A stretch of DNA of 38,335 nucleotides from Octopus bimaculoides. Its lineage: Eukaryota. The position numbers and the translations under genes were made by a program. Location: NCBI RefSeq assembly GCF_001194135.2, contig NC_068985.1, forward strand, positions 6,011,701 to 6,050,035. Direction: 5' to 3'. Of this stretch, positions 24,491 through 36,700 are shown piece after piece; the stretch's first letter is position 1; the number at the start of each line of letters is the position of its first letter. Under the pieces are notes generated by a model that worked only from the letters and a program-made list of their open reading frames with translations, searched no databases and was not told the origin of the DNA.

Positions 24491-25199
24491 ACCAAATATG
24501 TATTAAGCGTTTAGGCCATGAAGCTATCTGATTAGGTCGACCAGAGTGTTTGGCCGGTTTCTATTTAGCCATGTCACAAAGACCCAACATGTTCAATCGC
24601 AATTAGTGTAACCTTCTTTTTAAAACATATGTAGAGCTTAACTCATATTCACTAACTTTCCTAGGCGGAATTCCGTTACACATCTGAGATAGTAGACACA
24701 CCATAATGGATACCACTCAACAATATATTCTGTGGAGCTTTAGTAAAATGTAATGGCGTATTAGTTACATTTGTATATGATAAAAACGTTGTGAGTGTAG
24801 TTAGTATCGATTATCTGCCATACCCAAAATATGCCCCTGTGTCGAAGTTAGAGTGTATTCTTATTAGGTAAGAAATAGTAAAACTTCAAGTTACTAAAGA
24901 AAATATTCAGCCTTATGTAATACTGATTTTGGAAATTCTACTCATATGAATTTATACTTCATTTCTCTGCTGCTGAAATCAATGTATCTTGAAATCAATA
25001 CTCTCTACATAATGCGAAATATATTATTGAAGTAAGATTTTCCGGAATCTGAAATGATGAATAAATCAAATTTGAAAACAAATTGATATATTGTAATAAA
25101 TATTCCAGTAAACTTAGATATTATTGTTAGCTTTCCCTATGTAAACGGATACAGCTAATGTGTAACTTGGGTACTTGTATAATTTTTGTCCTGTTTCTG

Positions 25200-25810
25200 T
25201 TTGTTTCTTGTATTGAATCCTTTCCAGTTAATATGCATGTAATTCCCGTTAGTGTTGTTTTCATATGCCATGTAAGATCTGAAAAGAATCTTTAGCTTTA
25301 AGTTCTCCACAATATAACTCTGTCCATTAGCTAATACTCTGCGCAGATGATCATATATGCAGGCATTCAAATTTACATTTCAGATTTCTATTGTTTCCGC
25401 TGGAATCGATACCCCGATAAGATTCCTTTCTTGATATTTTTTCCAGATAATATCCAGGGGGATTTACATTAATTTCTCTATCAATAAGTATTTACAGATT
25501 CCAGTATTTAATCCTTTGGTCACTCTCTGCAATCTGTAGTGTTTGTCCATTTAGGTTATTATTTAATGATGTCATAATTGTCATTGTTTGAAAGCCAAGT
25601 CTCTTATAACTCTATGTTTCAAGAAATTCTCTCGCATCAAAGATTCTTGTATATAACGTAGATTTACTGATGTAGTAAGAGATATGGTTTCTTTGGAATC
25701 AATTCGGAGTGACCATTATAGGAATACTTTAGATTGTAGGTCTTCTCAAGTTTATTCTGTCATAAATGCATTAAATTCTCATGAAAATATCAAACTATCT
25801 CCTTGAAATA
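25200..25810 (-). pseudogene. Very old non-LTR retrotransposon RT relic
   Basis: Across shifted minus-strand frames, LFQGDSL (25791-25808), NHISY about 35 codons later and NGQTLQI...IKY about 45 codons later follow RT motif order and spacing. There is no intact YxDD and there are many stops. Confidence 0.35.
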
Positions 25811-28277
25811 GATGACTAAACGGTTAAAATAATCCTGAATATAACTTGCCACGAATAGAAGCCATGCAGGTGAAACAAAACAACCTAAAATAAAATACAT
25901 ACACTTTGCCATCACACAAATGTCCTCATAAAATGTTTCTTGAAATTTAGAAGATAAACATTTCGCTAAAGAGATTATAATACTTGGAAGAAGACTATGT
26001 CCCTTTGGATTGTAGTCATGGCATTGTCGTTCCATCAGATTACCGAACGAAAATAGAAAATAGCATATGTTGTATAATGATTTCACATATTCTGAGTTCA
26101 ACAACTCATAGACGAGGTCTGAATTTAGAAAACGAGAATTCACAACATGGATCTAAGAAGAAATAACAATTTGGCAAATAGAGAAAAGCACTGACTAACA
26201 TCTACTAAAAATCATCAAACCCCTTGAATCTGGAAAATGATCAATATCATGACAATTCTGAAGAGTCTCAAAGTCCATGTTTTGTAGCATAAATTCTCTC
26301 ACCTTTGGACACATTTATTTTTATATAGAAAGTACATTAACATCACTAATCCATGAATGCATGTCGTTGTCTATATCACAACACAGAATCAAAACACTAT
26401 AATGTGAAACAACCATATATACTCGGATGGAATAATACAAAATACACGACAAGAACATAAAATTAAAAATAAGAATTGCACGCAGTTTTGTGAACTTGAC
26501 CAAAATCGATTCTCCCATTATTCGTAGCCAATTTATAAAACTAAACGTTACAGTAAGCGCTAGAACTGAGTGAATTTACTTCAGTGAAGAAATGAATAGC
26601 TATGTAATACACGAAAAGCCAAAGAGAGCAACCCCGCCGCAAGAAGAAACCAATAAGGAAGAGTAAGTGAATAAATGTAATGTAGTTGCCATGTAGAGGC
26701 AAAAACAGAGTATATATGAACGTTTCTGGGGAAGATGTAGAAAAAAAGAATGAAGGTAAACGCCTGGTGTTGTCTTAGGGATGTACTGTGCTTCGAAGAC
26801 GGCGAGAAACAGTGAAATAGAGAAATTGTTTTGATCAAAGAAGACTGTGCGTGAGATAAGGAAATACGTCTGGCAGTGAGTGGGGGAGGTACGGAAATAA
26901 TGTGTGTGTGTGAAATCAGTTTATGTATGCGTGAGAATTGTGTGAGAAGTTGATGTAAAGACTTGAGGGGTGTAGTATATTACTATGGAAATGTAAGCAC
27001 GCGTGAATGTGTGTGTATGTGTTTATGAGAGCATGCTTTTGTGTGTGTGTGTGTGTGTGTCTGTGTGTGTGTGTGCACGAATAAGGAATAGGGAGATAAG
27101 CGTATGAGCAGGGTTGTGAGAATATTTTGCGCTGTGATAGTAAAAAATGTCAATGGTCTTCAACCGTCCGCCTATCATAGAGATGTTCATGGGACTTTAT
27201 GACAAGGTGTCATAATATGTAGGTGTAGCTATACGGTATGTGGGATGTTGAGATATTTTCGATTATCTAACTGGCAGAGCGGGTACTTTCAGTGGTGAAT
27301 ATAAAAGTAATGTTTAACGTACGAATATGTTTATATGTATTTATGTGTGAAAAGAAAATGAATATGTGAGCAGGCTTTTGTGTGCGAACGTGTTTGTATA
27401 GTGTCGACAAGATATAATGTTATTGAGTTGTTTGAGCAAGCTGTTGTTGTGTAAGGAGGTTGGTGGATCGGTGAGTATATGAATAAAAAAAAACAGTTTG
27501 TTAGTATACGTATTCACTGCGGGTGAATGTATTGACGGAAGAGGTCCAGTGAAGTGCAGCGTATTTGTAACAAGCTGGTTGTCAATATCGGAGAAGATAT
27601 ATGTTTTGCATTAGAAGATTAAGCTGTGTTTACAACATTAGAAAGAAACGGAAAATTCTATAATCCCATAAACAGCGATTCTCAGGTGAGAGTGGTCCAA
27701 ATAAATAATGCCGGCCAGAAAAATGAGCGACCCGTTGCGGTATCATTGGAAGTCCTATAAATATTCACTGAAATGAAAAGCCAACCAGCAGATAGTGTCT
27801 AGTATACACTGTTAGCCTCAGAATTTGCAATTAAGGCTGTAAAAGACATTTCAGTCACGTGTCTGACTTGGTATGACGATGACAGTGTGAATGTAGTTTG
27901 GTGACGGGTATGAAATATTGACATTCGCTGAAAATTGGTTTGAACAGGAAATATACCAAGGTTCTTTGTAGGGAGACATACAGAAACTGTGACTAAAAAT
28001 GGAAATGCTTAAATATGGCCGTAATATAAATGCTTAAATATGGCCGTAATTGATTTCTTTCGACATACTTTCCTCCATGTACAAACGTGCAATCGTCCAT
28101 TCCTCTCCCTTGCGCTTGTTCTACACGTTATTACATACGACATAGCAACAGGCACGCATGCAATGAACAACATCACTGCGTAGACTTACATCACAACAAT
28201 ATCTTCCTGCATCCATTCTTGCATATTATGAACTCTTGGAGAACTACTCCGTGTGTGCGTGTCGTCCATACATGCAT

Positions 28278-28322
<45 letters not shown>

Positions 28323-28330
<8 letters not shown>

Positions 28331-28511
28331 CCACTTAAATGTGGCTAACCCTTAAGAGTGGATGTTACTGTAGCTCGTTGCCCCAGGAGGATACCTCCTC
28401 CAGCTGGCTATTGACATACTTTCTGGCACATATAAGTGTCCTCCTGGGGTTACAAGCTACGGTAGCATGCATCCACCCTTAAGGGTTAGCCACATTTAAG
28501 TGACAAATATA
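28323..28511. mobile_element. MITE-like fold-back element with ~70-bp TIRs and TA ends
   Basis: tatatttgccacttaaatgtggctaacccttaagagtggatg...ccccaggagga versus tcctcctgggg...catccacccttaagggttagccacatttaagtgacaaatata. Confidence 0.85.
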
Positions 28512-28599
28512 CTTCGCGATGTCGTGCAGCTTCTGCTTATACCACGCTCAGAGATTTATTATTGCTTATATATATATAAATATATATGTATATATACAC

Positions 28600-28810
28600 A
28601 TAATTAAGGGATCAGCAACAGTTGCTTCACATACCGAAGTTTAGAAATAGCAGCTAATGTGCTAAAACTCTAACAGATAGCAGTACTTGTAACTCACAAA
28701 GGCAAAACAAGAAGAAAAAAATCAACGAAACTAACCAGTCTTAGTTAATCATAGACGCGTTTCTGGATCACAATGGTAAAAACCTTCATTTCCGTCATCA
28801 ATATGATATT
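28600..28810 (-). mobile_element. Hammerhead-bearing interspersed repeat (second PLE-type terminus family)
   Basis: agggat...gttgct...tttagaaatagcag...gtcttagttaat is shared with 31340-31531, and it contains the hammerhead at 28748-28807. Confidence 0.6.
28748..28807 (-). ncRNA. Minimal type I hammerhead ribozyme, second family (C3>U variant)
   Basis: ATCATA-TTGATGA-CGGA...TCCA-GAA-ACGCGT-C-TATGAT. Perfect 6-bp stem I, palindromic ACGCGT stem III, GUC cleavage triplet. Confidence 0.7.
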
Positions 28811-29333
28811 CTAGTTTGCAGGTCTGAAGATGCAGGCAATTATGCATATTACTAGCATCTCTGAACCTACATAGGCCCGTCAGCTCATTATCTCTCCTCA
28901 AGAATTACCATGTGCGTCAACAAGCCATACCGCAGAAAATCTGCGGTTTACTATCCGGGAGTGAATAATTATTATAAATAATATTATTGGTAAAAATTAT
29001 TAATTATTAATTTATTAATAAATTAATATTCCTTAACCCTTTTATTTGTAATAATTATATATGTATATATATATATATATNNNNNNNNNNNNNNNNNNNN
29101 NNNNNNNNNNNNNNNNNNNNNNNNNNNNNNNNNNNNNNNNNNNNNNNNNNNNNNNNNNNNNNNNNNNNNNNNNNNNNNNNNNNNNNNNNNNNNNNNNNNN
29201 NNNNNNNNNNNNNNNNNNNNNNNNNNNNNNNNNNNNNNNNNNNNNNNNNNNNNNNNNNNNNNNNNNNNNNNNNNNNNNNNNNNNNNNNNNNNNNNNNNNN
29301 NNNNNNNNNNNNNNNNNNNNNNNNNNNNNNNNN

Positions 29334-29386
<53 letters not shown>

Positions 29387-29393
29387 AAGGAGG

Positions 29394-29681
29394 AGCACTC
29401 CGGTCCCAGGTGATACGATCAACGGAACAGCTTACTCGTGAAATTAACATGGAAGTGGTTGAGCACTCCATAGTCACGTGTACCCTTAACGTAGTTCTCA
29501 GAGAGATTCAGCGCAACATAGATTGTGACGAGGCTGGCCATTTGACATACAGGTACTACTCATTTTTGCCAGCTGAGTGGACAAGAGTATCGTGAAATAA
29601 ATTATCATGGCCAAGGACACAACGCGTCAACGGGAATTGAACTCACAATCGCGAACCGAATGCCCTAACCACTAAACGCAC
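29394..29681 (-). mobile_element. SINE family B2 (different head and middle, shared family B 3' half)
   Basis: Reverse complement tttagtggttagggcattcgg...gagttcaattccc...gtccactcagctggcaaaaatgagtag, then gagaactacgttaagggtacacgtg...ttaatttcacgag...ctgttccgttgatcg as in family B. Confidence 0.8.
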
Positions 29682-29987
29682 TTACAAATATACATATATA
29701 TACATATAATTATATATACATTTAATTATCTTACTACCGTTTTGATATTTCTATATATTTATTTATTAGCTTGCCCCGCACCGTTAATCATTGATGGCTA
29801 AGTGTTATTTAAACAAGGTGCAAAATGAAGTACAGAATAATCACATACAAGCATTCACATATTCGCCAAGTACACACACACATACACACACATACTTAAA
29901 CAGAATTGGAATGGTGTCAGTTTTATTTTATTTTCGGAGTTGGACGTCTCCATTACGCTCGCACACATTCACACATTCACACACACA

Positions 29988-30218
29988 GGCGGCGAGCTGG
30001 CAGAAACGTTCGCACGCCGGTCGAAATGCTTGTCGGTATTTCGTCTGCCGCTACGTTCTGAGTTCAAATTCCGCCGAGGTCGACTTTGCCTTTCATCCTT
30101 TCGGGGTCGATTAAATAAGTACCAGTTACGCACTGGGGTCGATATAATCGACTTAATCCGTTTGTCTGTCTTTGTTTGTCCCCTATGTGTGTAGCCCCAT
30201 GTGGGCAGTAAAGAAATA
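29988..30218 (+). mobile_element. SINE family A, full-length, well-preserved copy inside an (AC)n tract
   Basis: ggcggcgagctggcagaaacg (A-box-like), gagttcaaattcc (B-box), gaggtcgactttgcctttcatcctttcggggtcga core, tail ending aaagaaata. Confidence 0.93.
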
Positions 30219-30947
30219 ACACACAGACACACACACGCATACACACACGCATACACACAGGAGCATCCACATATCTCCCTTTTCATACACACATATACAC
30301 ATGTGCTCACACAGAGTTGAATCCGTGTTTTTCTTTTTCCTTTATTCGCCCCTTCCTTTCTCATTCGTATATTGAGAACAGAAGATACACTCCGCGTTCT
30401 TCTTTCTCAAACGGTTCTTACTTTCTCTCACCCTTTCACTCATGGTTATACTCTCTCTCCCTCTCCTTCACTCTATTACTATCTTTTTTCTCCTCTCTCT
30501 CCTCACTGATACTAATCTTTCTCGTTCTCCGTTCTACATTTTTACTTGTTGAAGGCTATTTTGTAAACCAAAGTATTGTTTTTTTCTTTCTATTTGTATT
30601 CTCGTTTGATATTACCATATTCTTAACTGAATTAAGACATTTATTACATTTTAGTGGATAATATATCGGCTTGCATTTATTAATTTTTAATTTTTCATTA
30701 GATAACCCTATTATTTTTTGTAGTTAATTTTTGTTTCATTAAATTTGTCTGTTTTTTTTCTAGATATTTACATTTCGTGTATTGTAACGTTAATAAAACG
30801 CCGGAATGTTATTTTTTCTTATATATATTTTTCTGGTTTCGAATATTTGGTGTTCTAGTTATTTTTCATTCTATTCTATTAATTCGTTCCTGTCCGGGCT
30901 ATGAAAGGTCTTTGTATATTTTTGTTGGTCGTAATTATCCATACTAG

Positions 30948-31038
30948 TAACTCCTGACGATGAATCTAAGTTTCTCGGTTTTGTCCTTGGAATTAATTAG
31001 ATTCCGAAACAATTTGTACCAACCTGGATTTTGAGTTA
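30948..31038 (+). ncRNA. Hammerhead-like motif (third type), degenerate
   Basis: TAACTC-CTGACGA-T-GAATCTAA...TTAGATTC-C-GAAAC...GAGTTA. Core and an 8-bp stem II are visible; stem III is not convincingly formed. Confidence 0.4.
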
Positions 31039-31206
31039 AAGATCGTCTTCATCTACAATTTTTCCTTTCATTCTACTTCGTTTAATGTTTTTGCAAGTAC
31101 TAAATATATATATATATATATCTTTATATATATTCTTTACTTGGACTGCACCAGCAGACTTGGCAGTTTGACATCCCTTTGAAGGATTTCGTTCCTCACC
31201 TCTGTT

Positions 31207-31243
<37 letters not shown>

Positions 31244-31249
31244 CAAGAA

Positions 31250-31531
31250 TAAGGGCAGGGAATCGTCAATTAATAATAGAATTAATAATTAACAATTTTG
31301 CCAAGTAGTTCAGTATGAAACAACCTTTATCGGTAAAACCATTTATCATCATAAATATACAGGGATTAGCATTGAGTTGCTTCTCCAACATACTGAAAAT
31401 TTAGAAATAGCAGTCAAAGAACTACTGATTCTAAACTACAAATTTTTCTCTAAACGGATGGCGATATTTATGGCACACATAGAACAAAAAACCGGAGGGA
31501 AAAGCGTAAACAAAACAAGTCTTTAGTTAAT
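31250..31531 (-). mobile_element. Second copy of the 28600-28810 repeat family, cut by an N gap
   Basis: agggattagcattgagttgct...tttagaaatagcag...gtctttagttaat, then Ns. Confidence 0.55.
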
Positions 31532-31923
31532 NNNNNNNNNNNNNNNNNNNNNNNNNNNNNNNNNNNNNNNNNNNNNNNNNNNNNNNNNNNNNNNNNNNNN
31601 NNNNNNNNNNNNNNNNNNNNNNNNNNNNNNNNNNNNNNNNNNNNNNNNNNNNNNNNNNNNNNNNNNNNNNNNNNNNNNNNNNNNNNNNNNNNNNNNNNNN
31701 NNNNNNNNNNNNNNNNNNNNNNNNNNNNNNNNNNNNNNNNNNNNNNNNNNNNNNNNNNNNNNNNNNNNNNNNNNNNNNTATATATATATATATCATAAGA
31801 TAAGAATATACTGAGATAGTTAATATATTATTATTCGTTAATTTAAAAAATGACAAAAATCTCTTATAGCTGTTTCAATTCTAGACCTTCAGAAATTTAC
31901 TTAATGAAATTAAGAATTATTTG

Positions 31924-32104
31924 AAAATAATAATAATAAAATCGAAAAATACCCTAGGAATGAGAACCCAAGTTCGAAATTCTCCCAAGACACCTGATTA
32001 AGGCTGGAGGGTATATCAGCCGAAACATTGTGTTAACAATAAACAAGATGAGGACAAATATCCGTCAAATGTAAATAATGTACATAATTACTCATCTCTT
32101 AAAT
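31924..32104 (+). mobile_element. Third copy of the palindrome-arm PLE terminus (post-microsatellite part only) with mutated hammerhead at 31989-32034
   Basis: ggaatgagaacccaagttcgaaattctcccaagacac-CTGATTA-aggctggagggtatatcagcc-GAAACATT-gtgtt...gtacataattactcatctcttaaat. Perfect GGCTG/CAGCC stem II, but G8>T. Confidence 0.85.
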
Positions 32105-33534
32105 CTACAAGTGTAATATGTATATATATATGTATGTGTGTGTGTGTGTGTGTATGTTAATATGTATATACATTGGAAAATTAAAGTAATATACTAAAGA
32201 ATACATACGTTTCCCAATTTCAATAATCTGGAAGGCAGCATTGGATTTTCCAAATGCATTGGGATGCCTCACTACAATAGATCATGAGGGAAATCAGGGA
32301 TTCACTTTATAGCATTCTGTTATAGGTGTTTGATATATTACAACTTGGATATCATAACTAGCAACAATGCTGCGAAGAGGGTTCGGTTAACTATTGCACT
32401 GGAAACTGGTTGGATAATCATTAAGTACGTGGAAATAATTACATGCATGGGGTGAGTAGGCGTACAGGTATGTCGAAGATGATCATCGTTCAGGTGCTCC
32501 GGTCACTAACTGATTGCGGACAATCATGTCTTTCAGTAAATCTCTCATATGAATTACGTTCTCCCTCGCAGGCCCCCATATTTTTGTCTCGTACTCTAAA
32601 ATGTTTTAATTCCCAATATTTATTTCAATCTAGTTCTCTTTCATATGAATGAAGCTCCTCGCATGGTAAAAGATGGTTTTATTTCACCATAGACTTATTT
32701 ATTTACGATTGGATAACATTAGAAGCCTTCAACGTCTCTCGTGGATGTAAATGTTTACAATCGACGCTATTTGTCGACTGTCTGAATTCAGCAATCTACC
32801 GATTTTATGAGAGGATTACTGGTAAAAACCATGCTTGCTGTCTCAAACATAAAGTATAAAATCTATCCCTTTTATATCAACTACAACTTTGACGACAGTT
32901 TTATTACCTTTATTTAATTGAGAAATTTCGAAGAGACTATATTCAGTTTTGTAAGATTTAGAGACGCTTCTGTACATAAATGTATACCAGCATCGATTTA
33001 CATACATACTGCTATAAATGTATGCTGGTATAAATATATACCAGCACTGATTTACACACACACACACACACACACACANNNNNNNNNNNNNNNNNNNNNN
33101 NNNNNNNNNNNNNNNNNNNNNNNNNNNNNNNNNNNNNNNNNNNNNNNNNNNNNNNNNNNNNNNNNNNNNNNNNNNNNNNNNNNNNNNNNNNNNNNNNNNN
33201 NNNNNNNNNNNNNNNNNNNNNNNNNNNNNNNNNNNNNNNNNNNNNNNNNNNNNNNNNNNNNNNNNNNNNNNNNNNNNNNNNNNNNNNNNNNNNNNNNNNN
33301 NNNNNNNNNNNNNNNNNNNNNNNNNNNNNNNNNNNNNNNNNNNNNNNNNNNNNNNNNNNNNNNNNNNNNNNNNNNNNNNNNNNNNNNNNNNNNNNNNNNN
33401 NNNNNNNNNNNNNNNNNNNNNNNNNNNNNNNNNNNNNNNNNNNNNNNNNNNNNNNNNNNNNNNNNNTATATATATATATACATACATACATACATACATA
33501 CATACATACATACATACAATACCCTACTGCTAAT

Positions 33535-33862
33535 GTTGAAATTCCAATGAAGGATATTTCAGCCTTCAAGATGAAGATCGAACTGAACGTCAAGTTGAGT
33601 TTGTTGTTAAGTTCCTTGAAGCATTACTTGAAGAAAATCCTGCATTATCAGTTGGAGAATTGGCAATAAAGCTTAGTTCAAACCATACGACTGTTCATCG
33701 TCATCGTCAACAACTTGGAAAGGTTCCTAAACTTGGAAAATGGGTGCCTCATGAATTATCCGAAACAACCGCAAATCCTGAGTTGACATCTGCTCTTCTC
33801 TCCATTCTCGCGAACTCATTTTACCCTTTTTGGATAGACATGTGATTGGTGACGAAAAATGA
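33535..33862 (+). pseudogene. Mariner (DD34D-type) transposase fragment
   Basis: Reads GYFSLQDEDRTERQVEF...LLEENP...ELAIKLSSNHTTVHRH...LGKVPKLGKWVPHELSE, then after a frameshift NRKS*VDICSSL...PFLDRHVIGDEK*. Shows the WVPHEL linker and first catalytic Asp (GDEKW) motifs. Confidence 0.9.
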
Positions 33863-34220
33863 AGATCCTTCTCTAAGGCTCTAGCATCTCATGAGCCTCT
33901 TCCATATGTTTCTTCTCTGAGCACACTGAAACCCCATATGATTAATTGTTAGGTGGAATGTGAGTAGATCATTATACCTGGGCGGTTTTCTTGTTGATGC
34001 AATTTTGACCAATCCCCGAGATCCACTTTCTGCTGGCAGTCACGAGCTGATGGAAAGCAGGCATGATGGTCATGGAAGTTTCAATGAGATGGACTACTCT
34101 ACTGCTCTCAGAAAGGTGACAGCTTATTTCCTGGTGTGATATTTAGAGAATTGATCACGAGTGCGACAGATACTGTATTTCGCTGCAATGGCGGTTTATC
34201 TATGTCACAAATACGTGTCC

Positions 34221-34235
34221 ACACACACACACACA

Positions 34236-34278
<43 letters not shown>

Positions 34279-34368
34279 ACATACACACACACTCATACAC
34301 CCACATACAGACACACACGCACACTTACACACTTACACACAAGCAGAGATGTGTGCACATCTATAAAA

Positions 34369-34450
<82 letters not shown>

Positions 34451-34520
34451 TTATCTATCTGATTATCTATCTATCTGATTATCTATTTATCTATCTATCT
34501 ATTTATTATATATTTGTTTA
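34221..34520. repeat. Compound (AC)n, (ATCT)n, (CT)n, (AT)n microsatellite block
   Basis: Direct reading. Confidence 0.95.
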
Positions 34521-36172
34521 TATATATAAATGTATATATAGCTATACATAGGCAGACACACATACCTGTGTGTGTGGTTGTGTGTGTGTGTGTATGCATG
34601 TATGTGTATATGTATGCATGTATATGTACATTTATGTTTATGAAAGAAAAGTTTTATGTAGGACATCAACATATATTTGAACTAATATTAATGATGAAGC
34701 GTCAATTTTGTTATTTCTTAATTCCAATACTCACTTTTTTCCCCAGAAACGCTCGAAAAAAAAAATTCGAACAATCAATAAATTTCCCAAGATCATACAT
34801 GTAGATCTCCCAGAAGATATAACTGTCAGTTTACGTGCATAAACACAAATCTCAAGAAATTTATTAATCGACGTATTTTCATTTTGTTTACGTTTTTCAC
34901 ATCAATTTTATTCTTTGTTTCTTTTTCCCTTCAAATATTGACGTGTACTTAAAACCCTAATCCAAACTCCATATTATTTGGCAAGTATTTGCTGCTTCTA
35001 AAAGCTCAGGATTATTTCGAAATATTTCATAAATTTCTATTCTGTTTCTCATTCATATTTGAGTTTTTACTCCAAACATATTTAATATGTTGTCATGACA
35101 TTTTAAAATGGAGATTCCATTTTTTTCCCGCTCGTGAGTCAGTCGGAGGAAATCTAACAACGGTTTGTCAGGTTGCACTTTATTTTTCTGTTGGTGTTTG
35201 CGTTCTTCATGTAGAAGTGTGTGTTAAGAATATTAATGTTTTATGCAATACATTATTTTCAATGCATTTTTCAATGCATTTCTAAAGAACATGTGATTTA
35301 AGAAAACTGGCACACGTACATACATATTTTCATATATATTGGACATTGACAAATGCATCACACATGTGTATAATTACACACACACACAGACACATACATA
35401 CACACACATATATATGTGTGTGTCTGTGTCTATATATACATATCTAAACGCATATACAAACATTTCCATATAAAAATACTTGCATGCATACAAAAAATAA
35501 GTGCGCGTGCGTGAATATAGGTACATATTCATATACATGCATAATACATACATACATACATAATTATCACGTTAGAAAGCGGTGAGATCTAATGGATACA
35601 AATATATTTATTAATTATTTAACTTTTTCACCTACAGTTGTTTCATTTCACAAACAAAATTGAAGTTAGAAACCATATAAATATATATAATTTTGAGTTT
35701 TAATTACCTCGGATGGAAAATCACCAAGCTGTACATCAGACAATACAAGGATTATATTAGTATACGTTTGGAATACTCAGAATATATAGACATTAGTATT
35801 CCGAACATATTCTAATGTAATCCTTATTGTCATTCGTACACCCTGATGATTTTCCATACAAGGTATATAAAATGCAAAGCTATATATGTTTATATAGTTT
35901 GTAATTTTAATTTTGTTTCTGAAATGAAACACTTGTAGGTGAATAAGTCGAGTACTTAATAAACAAATTTGTATCCATCAGATCCCTATGTTTTCTAACT
36001 CGATAATTATGTTTGATATTTTACGATATTTTATATTGAAGAAATATTTCTTCAAAATATAAGACACTAACCCGTTGCATCTTGGATTAAAATATTCCTA
36101 TAAGAGTTTTAAATATCCTCTTTGTGACTACATACATACACATATGTAGGTCTCTATCTACATATCTCTGTA

Positions 36173-36217
<45 letters not shown>

Positions 36218-36274
36218 TATATATATACACATATATAATCGTATTATATATATGTATATACACATGCATATATG

Positions 36275-36700
36275 AGTACAGGACGTCATAGAACGTAAAC
36301 AACGTTAAATACGAAAACGTATAATACGAACATTTTTGTGATCAACGAAAGACACATGGAAAACAAGACAAGCAACATAAAGAACGACCCTTCATCAGTG
36401 TTGGCTGTTGTATCTACTCCACGTTTCTAATATTTCCGACAAGATATGCCTTCGTCAAAACGGATTCTCCCGCAGAGCAAATTAAAAAATAAAATTTGGG
36501 ATTTGTGGAGAGTCAAGGTTTATAAAAATAGGACAATAAAAACGGTAAGCGCTGTCAAGTTATGACATGATGAGGTGGCGAACGCTGGAGAAACAACCTT
36601 CGACAGGAGGCAAACAAGAAAACGTCTGCTCTCTTGTAGCTAATCGGAAGGAAAGAAAGAAACTCAAGTTAGGAAAAGAAAGATGGCTGATGGTCTTGTG
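36275..36700 (-). mobile_element. Probable PLE-terminal repeat relic with hammerhead-like remnants
   Basis: Minus strand contains ttgacgaaggcatatcttgtcggaaatatt (36422-36462) and ctgatgaaggg. The family assignment rests on resemblance only. Confidence 0.3.

Noticed and set aside
28003-28050. 23-bp direct repeat with 25-bp period
   Set aside because: Real, but an ordinary local slippage duplication.
31857-31898. Minus-strand hammerhead-like CTGAAGG...GAAACAGCTATA
   Set aside because: A9 is lost, stem II is absent and stem I is weak; too degenerate to call.
32225-32290. Harbinger-like FPNxIG peptide resemblance
   Set aside because: It needs two frameshifts within 30 nt and no further motifs follow.
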